Source of the DNA: Gammaproteobacteria bacterium | GTDB taxonomy: Bacteria > Pseudomonadota > Gammaproteobacteria > JBCCGL01 | Direction: 5' to 3' | NCBI GenBank assembly: GCA_965277715.1 | Contig: OZ255836.1 | Location: forward strand, 2,208,001 to 2,272,000 | DNA: 64,000 bases | In this document: positions 50,544-59,335 of the stretch, one piece after another | How positions within the stretch are numbered: the stretch's first letter is position 1 | Layout: each line of letters starts with the position of its first letter | Translations under genes and position numbers: made by a program | Notes under the pieces: generated by a model | What the model saw: the letters and a program-made list of their open reading frames with translations, nothing else | What the model was told of the DNA's origin: nothing | The model's database searches: none

Positions 50544-52097
50544 ATGAGTAGACGTTTAGGCGGGCGCACCGCACGCAAGGCAATCCGGGAAGCCCCATTG
50601 GCAGAAGACGTCAAACCCGTTCACCCCGGTATGACCGGCGGTCGCTTTCAACCCTTGACTGACAGTGAAGTACTACAGGTCAACGAAGCAGTGATGACCA
50701 TCCTGTCAACCATCGGCCTATCGCAGGCAACGCAAACCGGCATCGATTATCTGACCAAAGCGGGCTGCACCCTCAGCCCAGAAGGCCGGGTACTGTTTCC
50801 CCGCGCCCTGGTCGAGGACACCATCGCCAATGCAGCACGCAATATCACCCTGTACGGGCAAGACCCAAAATACGACCTGGAACTGACCGGCGCACGCACC
50901 TACTTTGGCACCGCCGGGGCGGCGGTGCACGTGGTCGATGTGGATACCCGCGAATACAAAGACTCGACACTACTGGATATTTACCAGGTGGGCCGTATCG
51001 TCGATCAATGCGAACACATTCACTTCTTCCAGCGGCCTATGGTGGCACGCGATATGGTCGACCCCCTGGATCTGGATTTCAACACCTGCTACGCCTGCGT
51101 CAGCGCCACCCCAAAACACGTCGGTAGTAGCTGGGTACTGCCCCACCACCTCGAACAGTCGATGGATATGCTGCATATCATGGCGGGTGGGGAAGATAAA
51201 TGGCGCGCCCGGCCATTTGTCAGTATGTCGTGTTGTTTTGTCGTGCCGCCGCTGCGCTTTGCCCAGGACGCCACCGACTGCCTGGAATTGGGGGTCAAAG
51301 CGGGTATGCCGATTCTGCTGCTGTCCGCTGGCCAGGCGGGCGCTACCAGCCCCGCCGCTGTTGCCGGGTCCGTCGCTCAATCCGTCGCTGAATGCCTCGC
51401 CGGGTTGGTGTATGTAAATGCGATTGTACCTGGCCACCCGGCCATTTTTGGCACCTGGCCATTTGTCTCAGACCTACGTACCGGTGCGATGAGTGGCGGC
51501 AGTGGCGAACAGGCCATCCTGATGGCTGCCTGCGGGCAAATGGGCCGTTTCTACGATCTGCCCTGCGGTTGTGCCGCCGGTATGACCGACGCCAAACTGC
51601 CGGATGCCCAGTCTGGCTACGAGAAAGGCTATACCGATACCCTCGCCGGGCACTCAGGGGTCAACCTCGTCTACGAATCCGCCGGTATGCACGGCAGCCT
51701 GATGGGGTGTTGCTACGAAAGCTATGTGATCGACAACGATATGCTCGGCGCCATCAACCGCACTATTCGCGGCATTGAGGTCAACGATGAAACCTTGTCG
51801 ATAGACACCATGCGCGATGTCTGCGTGGGTGGCCCCAACCACTACCTCGGCCACGACCAGACAATCAACTTAATGCAGCGCGAATACATCTACCCGGATA
51901 TTGGTGACCGTACCAGCCCCAAAGACTGGAAGGAACAGGGGTCGACCGATATGCTGCAACGCGCCAAGGTGTCAGTTCAAAACATCCTTGAACACCATTA
52001 CCCCGCACATATCGACCCAGCGGTCGATCAGGCTGTGCGCGAGCGGTTTAATGTGTGTTTGCCGCGTGAGTTGATGTTGCCAGATCGTAGGCAGTAA
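50544..52097 (+). CDS. MttB-superfamily (non-pyrrolysine) methyltransferase
   Basis: GGR.AR..., GTAGAAVHVVD, GATSPA..AG, DLRTGAMSGG, DAKLPDAQSGYEK, YESAG, DNDMLG; no in-frame TAG. Confidence 0.92.
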   Translation: MSRRLGGRTARKAIREAPLAEDVKPVHPGMTGGRFQPLTDSEVLQVNEAVMTILSTIGLSQATQTGIDYLTKAGCTLSPEGRVLFPRALVEDTIANAARNITLYGQDPKYDLELTGARTYFGTAGAAVHVVDVDTREYKDSTLLDIYQVGRIVDQCEHIHFFQRPMVARDMVDPLDLDFNTCYACVSATPKHVGSSWVLPHHLEQSMDMLHIMAGGEDKWRARPFVSMSCCFVVPPLRFAQDATDCLELGVKAGMPILLLSAGQAGATSPAAVAGSVAQSVAECLAGLVYVNAIVPGHPAIFGTWPFVSDLRTGAMSGGSGEQAILMAACGQMGRFYDLPCGCAAGMTDAKLPDAQSGYEKGYTDTLAGHSGVNLVYESAGMHGSLMGCCYESYVIDNDMLGAINRTIRGIEVNDETLSIDTMRDVCVGGPNHYLGHDQTINLMQREYIYPDIGDRTSPKDWKEQGSTDMLQRAKVSVQNILEHHYPAHIDPAVDQAVRERFNVCLPRELMLPDRRQ

Positions 52098-52114
52098 TAG
52101 GGTGTTTTGATTGA

Positions 52115-54172
52115 TTAGCTGTTTGCAGACACCAGTCTGCGCAATTGCGCTAACCGCTGTTTATAGTCCGCTGCATCAGCCTGCCTATATTCAAGCGAAT
52201 AAAACACCGTCGCAATCGCTTCGAGCTGCGCACGCTGCTGCGGTAGATCCGCCATTGCCCGCGCCAGAAATACCGCCGCCGTTTCTCCCGCATGCCGTTG
52301 AACACCTTGTTTAGCCAGCCGTTTTTGCAATTTTTCAAAACAGCGGACAGCCGCCCGTTTTTTTACCACCTGGCGGCTGCCCCCCAACAACAACACCCAT
52401 AAAGCGGCGATAACGGAAAACACCCCTAACAAACTGACAACCTGCACCAGTAAACTGCTATTGCCCAACAATTTATCCAACAAACCAACACGCTGCGATT
52501 CGCTAAACTGCACAACCCAACGCTGCCATTGGTACTCAAATGTATCCAGCCACAATTGCACGGCGCGCCACGGGGCGAAATCACTGGTACGACCCGCCAG
52601 TTCAGCAACCGCATCCGGGGTGTCGGCGAATACGTCTGAGAGGTCCTGGCGAACTCTTTCCGGTGCCACCGCCGCTGTGGGGTCGACGCGCACCCAACCA
52701 CGCTCGGGTAGCAACACCTCAGCCCAGGCGTGTGCATCCATCTGCCGAACGGTAATAAATTGTTGATCCACGTTATAGCGCCCCCCTTGATACCCCCCTA
52801 CCAGGCGCGCAGGAAGGCCCGCACTGCGCATAATAAACACAAAGGCGCTCGCGTAATGGCTACAAAACCCCTGCCGCGATTCAAACCAGAAACGATCTTG
52901 CGCTGCAGCGCCAAACAAGCGGGGGGGTTGCAACGTGTAATAAAAGTCGTTATCGCGAATATAGCTCAACACAGCCTCGACAAAATCGGCCTCAGAACCC
53001 GCACGCGCCAGCATCTCGACAGACCAGCGCCGCAATCGCTCACTGCCCGTAGGTGGCAATTGCAGCGCCTGGCCACGCTCATAGGGGCCGGGCCGGTAGC
53101 GGGAGGCTAACTGCACATTTGAACCTAGCTGGTAGCCACTCGTCGAATTGATATCGTTTATGGCGCGCAGGGTGCGAAACTGGCTAAATACGGCTTTGCG
53201 CCGATCAAAGACCACCGGGGTATCCAGCGACGGTATCCAACGCTGACCACTCGGCTGCATAATAATTTGATAGCGTTGGTCGACGTGTTGTTTCAGTATA
53301 GGGGGAATCGGCACCACCCCCAGTGCTGGCCCCAAGCGCCAGGTACTGCCATCGAATTCCTGAAAGACCAGGGCGCGCCAATACCAGTCTTCGCGGTTCG
53401 GCGGCGCGCCCTCAAACTTCACCCGAAAAGCCGGTTTGGGTGACTTGACCAATGAGGCAATATCACCCGGCGTAATTTCATCACTCAGTCCGGCACTGGC
53501 CTGGCTCTGTTGTGGCATCGACCACAATGGCGGGATGCGCGGTATGATAAAAAACAATAATACAGCCAGTGGCGCGCTCAACAGCATCATACCTGCCGCT
53601 GTTTTCAGTGGTTTTTTCAACGCGCTTTTCAGTGTGGTCTGCGCCGTCTGATGTGCGCTAACGGAGCAGGCAGTCAAGGCCATAACAGCGACCAGCGTGT
53701 AGAGCGTTTGCCACGGTGTTTGTGAGTAGATAAAGTGCGCCGCACTGAGAAAGTAGCCAACACAGACCAGCATCAGGGTATCGCGTCGACTCCAAGTCTC
53801 GACGATTTTCAACACAAACCCCAATAACACAATGGCCACCATGCTATCGATGGTGTATTTCACATAGCCGGAAGCGTAAAGACCCAACAGCCCGGCGCAG
53901 ACCAACAGATACACAACCACCGCACGGGGTTTAACCTCACCGCGCCGCAAAGCACGCGCACGCCACGCCAGACACGCTGCCAGCAAGGCAATTAACCACA
54001 GGGGGTGCGAGTCGACAAACGGTGCAATCACCAGTGTCTGGCAAACCAACAACCACATCAAGGTGCCCCGGTGCATGGCGTTCAACACATTGACCTGGGC
54101 GGTGGCTGGATGGGTAGCGGCAGATAAGCCAGAAACAAGGCGCCTAAGCAAAATGTGGCTCCTGTTGACCAT
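52115..54172 (-). CDS. Transglutaminase TgpA-like membrane protein (DUF3488)
   Basis: TM region, YWRALV, GFCSHYAS, GYQGG, AHAWAE, WVRVDPT. Confidence 0.92.
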   Translation of the reverse strand: MVNRSHILLRRLVSGLSAATHPATAQVNVLNAMHRGTLMWLLVCQTLVIAPFVDSHPLWLIALLAACLAWRARALRRGEVKPRAVVVYLLVCAGLLGLYASGYVKYTIDSMVAIVLLGFVLKIVETWSRRDTLMLVCVGYFLSAAHFIYSQTPWQTLYTLVAVMALTACSVSAHQTAQTTLKSALKKPLKTAAGMMLLSAPLAVLLFFIIPRIPPLWSMPQQSQASAGLSDEITPGDIASLVKSPKPAFRVKFEGAPPNREDWYWRALVFQEFDGSTWRLGPALGVVPIPPILKQHVDQRYQIIMQPSGQRWIPSLDTPVVFDRRKAVFSQFRTLRAINDINSTSGYQLGSNVQLASRYRPGPYERGQALQLPPTGSERLRRWSVEMLARAGSEADFVEAVLSYIRDNDFYYTLQPPRLFGAAAQDRFWFESRQGFCSHYASAFVFIMRSAGLPARLVGGYQGGRYNVDQQFITVRQMDAHAWAEVLLPERGWVRVDPTAAVAPERVRQDLSDVFADTPDAVAELAGRTSDFAPWRAVQLWLDTFEYQWQRWVVQFSESQRVGLLDKLLGNSSLLVQVVSLLGVFSVIAALWVLLLGGSRQVVKKRAAVRCFEKLQKRLAKQGVQRHAGETAAVFLARAMADLPQQRAQLEAIATVFYSLEYRQADAADYKQRLAQLRRLVSANS

Positions 54173-55121
54173 AAGCGCCCAGCGCGATCAGACAACGGTT
54201 TTTATGCGCCTCACCCTTATCGGCAGGCAGTTGCTCACCGGGCAACAGCAAACCATAAGACAGACCCGCCTGTGCCATTTTCTCAACCAGAAACACCATG
54301 TATTGCAGGCGTTGCTCCACGGGCAACACCTTGTAATCATCCCAGCGGATCCATTCATCCTGCGCCACCGGATCAACGAAATGTTTAACCTGCAAGGCAC
54401 CACCACGGCTCGAAGCGGGCCAGTGCACGCGGGATATTCTGTCACCGGGCACATAGTGGCGCAGCGCATCAAAATCGCTTACCCCCGGCACACTGTGCGT
54501 GCTCGACCCACCGGCGACGACACCATCGGTCTGCGCGAGAATGTCGGCATCGACAGGTTGGGGCCAGGCGAGCGCGTAGTGGCTGAGGTAAGCATAACTC
54601 CAGGTGCGGGCAATACCCAGTGGGTAAACACTGCGCAAATTAATCCGGGGAATGACCACAAACCCACGGCGCTCGACCGGCAGGCTAAGAGTCAGCGTTT
54701 GGCTGGGGGCTTCATCCAGGTCAACACGCTGTAAAACCGCCCCTCCCTCCAGCGACACGTCAATAGCATGGCGTGCACGGGCATTGCTGCGCGTGACTTC
54801 AATCACAAACTCAACCGATTCACCGACCGCAGCATTCCTGCTGCTAACACAGCGTACAGATACCCCGGAGAGATTGTGGTGGGTGTAGTACAAATTGAGA
54901 ATCGTTAGGCTCAGTATCCAGAAAAATATACCGAATACCAACGCATTCTGGTAGTTAATCGCCAACACAAAGATAAATATCAGAAAAAAAAACAGCGTGA
55001 CCCCAATACGATTGGGCAGGATATACAGCGAATGTCGATTGCTGGTGAACACGGCACAGCGCGGGTGGCGCCGGGCAATCCACGCCGACTGACGCTGGCG
55101 CCACCGCTCACCTAAGGTCAT
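54144..55121 (-). CDS. DUF58-domain protein
   Basis: YILP, RRG, YPLG, DF..LR.Y.PGD....VHW..S. Confidence 0.9.
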   Translation of the reverse strand: MTLGERWRQRQSAWIARRHPRCAVFTSNRHSLYILPNRIGVTLFFFLIFIFVLAINYQNALVFGIFFWILSLTILNLYYTHHNLSGVSVRCVSSRNAAVGESVEFVIEVTRSNARARHAIDVSLEGGAVLQRVDLDEAPSQTLTLSLPVERRGFVVIPRINLRSVYPLGIARTWSYAYLSHYALAWPQPVDADILAQTDGVVAGGSSTHSVPGVSDFDALRHYVPGDRISRVHWPASSRGGALQVKHFVDPVAQDEWIRWDDYKVLPVEQRLQYMVFLVEKMAQAGLSYGLLLPGEQLPADKGEAHKNRCLIALGAYGQQEPHFA

Positions 55122-56026
55122 TGAATCACATCAACTTCCGCGAGCAGCCGTTGCGCGGCCACTTCACCGGAAACACCATTGCCAACCAGCCTATGGCCTG
55201 CCACCGCGACAAACACCGCCTGAACATCCTCTGGTACCACATGATCGCGATCAGCGAGGGTCGCCCACGCCTGCGCGGCGCGCACCAGATACATAGCGGC
55301 CCGTGGCGACAGGCCGAGGTCACAATAACTGGGGTCGCGACTGGCTGCGGTTAGACGCTGCACATAATCGAGCAGGGAATCGCTTAAATGAACCGTTGGC
55401 ACAACCGACTGCAAATCGACAAACGCCTCTGCCGTCAGCAGAGTAGGCAAAACATCCAACGCGCTACGGCCCGACGCCCCCTGGAGCAAAATACGCTCGG
55501 CAACGGCGTCTGGGTAGCCCAGTGAAAGCCGCATCAAAAACCGATCCAACTGTGATTCCGGCAACGGGTAAGTACCACTTTGATGGCCGGGGTTTTGCGT
55601 GGCAATAACAAAAAAGGGCACGGGCAGTGCATGGTTTTCACCGTCGGCACTCACCTGACTCTCCTCCATCGCCTGCAACAGCGCGCTCTGCGCCTTTGGT
55701 GTTGCGCGGTTGAGCTCATCCGCCAGTAACACCTGGCAAAACACCGGCCCGGGGTGAAAGTGAAACACACCACGGTGTTGTTCATACATCATTGCGCCAG
55801 TAATATCAGCGGGCAAAATATCGCTGGTAAACTGTACGCGGTTATGTGACAGGCCCAAAACCTTCGCCAGACCTTGAGAAAGCGTCGTTTTACCCATCCC
55901 CGGTAAATCTTCCAACAGCAGATGGCCTCGCGCCAACATACAACAAATAGCCAGACGCAATACACGCCTTTTACCCAGAATAACGTTATCCAGAGATGCC
56001 AATAAAGGATCGAAGTGGTTTTTCAT
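55118..56026 (-). CDS. MoxR-family AAA+ ATPase
   Basis: LLEDLPGMGKT, DELNRA.PKAQSALL, ATQNP, GTYPLPESQLDRF. Confidence 0.95.
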   Translation of the reverse strand: MKNHFDPLLASLDNVILGKRRVLRLAICCMLARGHLLLEDLPGMGKTTLSQGLAKVLGLSHNRVQFTSDILPADITGAMMYEQHRGVFHFHPGPVFCQVLLADELNRATPKAQSALLQAMEESQVSADGENHALPVPFFVIATQNPGHQSGTYPLPESQLDRFLMRLSLGYPDAVAERILLQGASGRSALDVLPTLLTAEAFVDLQSVVPTVHLSDSLLDYVQRLTAASRDPSYCDLGLSPRAAMYLVRAAQAWATLADRDHVVPEDVQAVFVAVAGHRLVGNGVSGEVAAQRLLAEVDVIQ

Positions 56027-56073
56027 AGTTTTTTTATTCGGTAATCCAGTGTCAGGAGTGCGTTGAAGCGGCA

Positions 56074-56093
56074 GTATTGACCATGGTCAATAC
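56074..56093. promoter_or_regulatory. Perfect 20-bp palindrome with FNR-like TTGAC-N4-GTCAA core
   Basis: GTATTGACCATGGTCAATAC, centred about 57 bp upstream of the moxR start. Confidence 0.5.
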
Positions 56094-56173
56094 GTACAGT
56101 TCCATCATACCCAAAGCCAGCACACTAAAAACGGGGTTGTCTTCAGCGCAGTTACATTACACATGCGGATTAT

Positions 56174-56348
56174 CCTAAATTCCGCAGTTGAATCGTAGCG
56201 AGGGCGTCTAAGGTGCTGAAGATGAAGTGTTTTTACCAGCATTTTAGCAACCCTGTAGTGATTCTACAGGTGAAGCTGAAATGCTGGTAAAAGCGCTTTA
56301 GATTCAGTGCAGTAGGTGGTCGCAGTAGATTCAACTGAGGAATTTAGG
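56174..56348. mobile_element. 175-bp MITE with IS1380/ISEcp1-like ends, complete
   Basis: 21-bp TIR CCTAAATTCC(G/T)CAGTTGAATC (20/21 match); 5-bp direct repeat ATTAT at 56169-56173 and 56349-56353. Confidence 0.9.
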
Positions 56349-56381
56349 ATTATATTGATGACCAGCAACAATCCACAGAGA

Positions 56382-56582
56382 CAGTTGGCGTACGACTGTA
56401 TGGACACAGGAGATAGAGCAACGCAGGAGCAGTTGCCGACGACTGTATGGACACAGGAGATAGAGCAACGCAGGAGCAGTTGCCGACGACTGTATGGATA
56501 CAGGAGATAGAGCAACGCAGGAGCAGTTGGCGTACGACTGTATGGATACAGGAGGTAGAGCAACGCAGGAGCAGTTGCCGAC
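56382..56582. repeat. Tandem array of four 47/48-bp units
   Basis: ACGACTGTATGGAYACAGGAGRTAGAGCAACGCAGGAGCAGTTG(CCG/GCGT) starting at 56392, 56439, 56486, 56534; no spacers. Confidence 0.95.
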
Positions 56583-56749
56583 ACCTCTGTTGATTAGCAA
56601 GGTATTCTCACCACCTGTACCTGACTCACTTGCAGGCAGAAAGAAGCTCAGGCTAGTCAAGGTGATATATGAGCCTGGTTAAGCGTCACTTGCAGTGCGT
56701 ATACTCCCCCCAAAACTTGAATTGATTCATATAGAATGTCATTACCTGG

Positions 56750-56890
56750 GGAAAAAATATGAACCAACCGGCAAGCAATACAGGTATTAGTCGTAAAAGG
56801 TTATATACAGCATTACCCTCTGATGGCAGCCCTACTTTTGCTATCGTAACCAAAGCACTTGGCTTTAAATTGTCAGCCCAACCACTGGCC
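56750..56890 (+). pseudogene. HI1420-like addiction-module antidote (HTH) remnant
   Basis: MNQPASNTGISRKRLYTALPSDGSPTFA-IVTKALGFKL vs family pattern GM.QLA..TGLSRE.LYKALS..GNP.F.T...V.KALG.KL. Confidence 0.65.
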
Positions 56891-56930
56891 CCTGCCTACT
56901 TAAAGATGCCGGAAAAAGAGAAAATAAACA

Positions 56931-57470
56931 ATGACCACCACACTACCCGTAGCACAACTGGGCGACCCGGTTATCCGCACCATCGCCACCCCCGTCAACG
57001 ACATCGCCAGCAAGGAAACACAGGCATTTATCGACAACCTCATGCAAACCTGCAGCGACGCCAATGGCATGGGCATCGCCGCCCCACAGGTATCCCATTC
57101 ACAGCGTATTTTTATTGTCGCCTCCCGCCCCAACGCCCGCTACCCTTATGCACCACATATGCAGGCAACAGCGGTTATCAACCCGCAGATCACCTGGAAA
57201 TCAGCGGAAACCGAGAAGGATTGGGAGGGCTGTCTAAGCCTGCCAGGTGTACGTGCATTAGTGCCCCGGCACACACACATCACCGTTAAATACACCGCAC
57301 GCGACGGCACCGCTGTCGAATCTGATTATGATGGGTTTATCGCCCGTGTCTTCCAACACGAGTACGACCACCTCGATGGCAAAGTATTTATCGACCGGGT
57401 TGAAACCACTCAGGATATTGTAATGGAGCAAGCCTGGCAGCGTATTATCGCCAACAGGCAGCCGCTCTAG
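56931..57470 (+). CDS. def: Peptide deformylase
   Basis: GMGIAAPQV, EGCLS, QHEYDHLDG. Confidence 0.95.
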   Translation: MTTTLPVAQLGDPVIRTIATPVNDIASKETQAFIDNLMQTCSDANGMGIAAPQVSHSQRIFIVASRPNARYPYAPHMQATAVINPQITWKSAETEKDWEGCLSLPGVRALVPRHTHITVKYTARDGTAVESDYDGFIARVFQHEYDHLDGKVFIDRVETTQDIVMEQAWQRIIANRQPL

Positions 57471-57773
57471 CCTTGGGACACAATCACTATCTCACCACCC
57501 TTATTCAGCGACACGTTTTGCCCGGCACGCAAGGCATCAACCGGCGCCTCGACGATGGGAATCATTGGCCAACCCATTTCTTCAGCAACCACCTCACCCA
57601 AACAGAGTATCGCATCACGATCACCGAGAATCACAGCCCTTGGTGCCAGGCCAGCGTAATACGCGACGTCTCTGCATCGACACCGCCCCAAAAGCTGATC
57701 GGCGCATCGAGCTTGAATACACGCCCCTGCGCGCCCCCTAATCCGCCTCCTGGCGTCAACACATTACCTTGAA
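57467..57773 (-). pseudogene. DUF126 / aconitase-X swivel-domain gene, internally deleted and 5'-truncated by the MITE
   Basis: LDAPISFWGGVDAETSRI...WH in one frame and GLAPRAVILGDRDAILCLG...PIV in another. Confidence 0.75.
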
Positions 57774-57948
57774 TCTAAATTCCGCAGTTGAATCGTAGCG
57801 AGGGCGTCTAAGGTGCTGAAGATGAAGTATTTTTACCCGCATTTTAGCCATCCTGTCGTCATTCTACAGGTAAAGCTGAAATACTGGTTAAAGCGCTTTA
57901 GATTCTGTGCATTAGGTAGTCGCAGTAGATTCAACTGAGGAATTTAGG
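57774..57948. mobile_element. 175-bp MITE, second full copy
   Basis: About 13 substitutions vs 56174-56348, same orientation; first base C>T; no target duplication. Confidence 0.9.
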
Positions 57949-58040
57949 ATAACCATAAGATCACCAAAGCTAAACTTATTGAAACGAATAACGCATCAAT
58001 TCAAAATCGACGATGTGCCAGCCCACATAAAAAATCCAAT

Positions 58041-58066
58041 AAAAAAACCCGCAAAATGCGGGTTTT
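58041..58066 (-). terminator. Rho-independent terminator after tRNA-Gln
   Basis: AAAACCCGCA-aaa-TGCGGGTTTT stem with a 7-U tail on the minus strand. Confidence 0.85.
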
Positions 58067-58070
58067 AAAA

Positions 58071-58144
58071 TGGCTGGGGGAGAGGGATTTGAACCCCCGT
58101 TGACGGAGTCAGAGTCCGTAGTCCTGCCGCTAGACGATCCCCCA
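58071..58144 (-). tRNA. tRNA-Gln(CTG)
   Basis: TGGGGGATCGTCTAGCGGCAGGACTACGGA-CTCTGAC-TCCGT...GGTTCAAATCC...CCAGCCA. Confidence 0.97.
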
Positions 58145-58186
58145 AAAGGGAACGCGAGACCGCCAATATACGCGGCCTCGCTGCAA

Positions 58187-58579
58187 TTAGCGTTTCGAGA
58201 ACTGAGTAGCGCGGCGCGCTTTACGCAGCCCGACTTTCTTACGTTCCACCGCACGTGCATCACGTGTCAAAAAACCTGCCTGGCGCAATGGCGAACGCAT
58301 TTCCTCGTCATAACGCACCAAAGCACGTGCGATGCCATGACGTACAGCGCCCGCCTGGCCGCTACCGCCGCCGCCACTGACAGTGACATGGAAGTCAAAC
58401 CTGTCCAATGATTCAACCGTTTCCAACGGTTGTGTAATCACCATTCGCGCCGTTTGGCGATTGAAATACTCATCCAGCGGGCGATTGTTAACGACAATAG
58501 CGCCAGAACCGGATTTCATAAATACGCGTGCACTTGACGTTTTACGTCGACCCGTTGCGTAGTACTGTTGATCTGCCAT
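58187..58579 (-). CDS. rpsI: 30S ribosomal protein S9
   Basis: [42 protein letters not shown]. Confidence 0.99.
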   Translation of the reverse strand: MADQQYYATGRRKTSSARVFMKSGSGAIVVNNRPLDEYFNRQTARMVITQPLETVESLDRFDFHVTVSGGGGSGQAGAVRHGIARALVRYDEEMRSPLRQAGFLTRDARAVERKKVGLRKARRATQFSKR

Positions 58580-58636
58580 AGTTGTTCTCAGAATTGTGCT
58601 CTGTTTTCCCAAGGGGTGCAGAGGTGAATGTAAGGG

Positions 58637-59065
58637 CTAAATTTCCAGCAGTTCAGGCTGCTGTGCGCTATGCTGGTGTTCTGCTCCGGCATACACTTTC
58701 AGCTTGCGGTACATATCACGCCCCAGTGCATTTTTTGGCAACATGCCTTTCACAGCCCGTTCAATAATGCGCTCAGGCGCTTTGTCACGCAGCTTGCCAA
58801 GGCTGATCGATTTTAAATTGCCAATAAAGCCCGTGTGGTGGTAGTAAATCTTGTCCTGTTCTTTGTTGCCGGTAACGCGCACTTTGGCCGCGTTGACGAC
58901 GACAATATAATCACCTGTATCGACATGTGGAGTGTATTCTGGCTTGTGTTTACCACGTAAGCGGCGGGCGATCTCTGTCGACAAACGACCGAGGGTTTTG
59001 TTTTCGGCATCTACCACATACCATTTGCGACGCACTTCCGCTGGTTTAGTGCTTAAGGTCTTCAT
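58637..59065 (-). CDS. rplM: 50S ribosomal protein L13
   Basis: WYVVDA....[25 protein letters not shown]. Confidence 0.99.
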   Translation of the reverse strand: MKTLSTKPAEVRRKWYVVDAENKTLGRLSTEIARRLRGKHKPEYTPHVDTGDYIVVVNAAKVRVTGNKEQDKIYYHHTGFIGNLKSISLGKLRDKAPERIIERAVKGMLPKNALGRDMYRKLKVYAGAEHQHSAQQPELLEI

Positions 59066-59238
59066 TCAATCACTCCGGCCATTGGCCTGACCTGTCCAGG
59101 AAAACCGGACCAATAAAAAAGCGGGAATTCTATGCCAGTGCGCACCAGGAAACAACTACAATTCAAGCTATTGTAGATATAATGTAAAAATAACCGACAG
59201 AGTAGCTAAAAAGCTTGCATATAAGCTTACAGACTGGT

Positions 59239-59312
59239 AAAAAAAGGCGCGGTCGCCGTAGTGAGCCGCGCCTAAACCACCAAAGGAGGATGGAGGAGGA
59301 AAAGAGGTACAA
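59239..59312 (-). ncRNA. sX9-like small RNA with CCUCC anti-SD motifs
   Basis: Minus strand TTCCTCCTCCATCCTCCTTTGGTGGTTT-AGGCGCGG...CCGCGCC-T7; family name recalled from memory, not searched. Confidence 0.7.
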
Positions 59313-59335
59313 ATAACCGAGTATAAAATAGTAGA

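Noticed and set aside
50544-52097. Pyrrolysine recoding in the MttB homologue
   Set aside because: The reading frame is uninterrupted, with no in-frame TAG and no pyl genes
52115-56026. MoxR-DUF58-transglutaminase operon as a new system
   Set aside because: A widespread, already described gene trio
56382-56582. CRISPR array
   Set aside because: Units are contiguous near-identical repeats with no unique spacers, and there are no cas genes in the window
56759-57289. 176-aa novel protein
   Set aside because: An antitoxin remnant reading on into an alternative frame of def
56169-57953. Composite transposon inserted as a single unit
   Set aside because: The left MITE has its own ATTAT duplication and the outer flanks (ATTAT vs ATAAC) differ
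57950-58144. Prophage or integrative island at tRNA-Gln
   Set aside because: No integrase and no duplicated tRNA 3' end seen in the window
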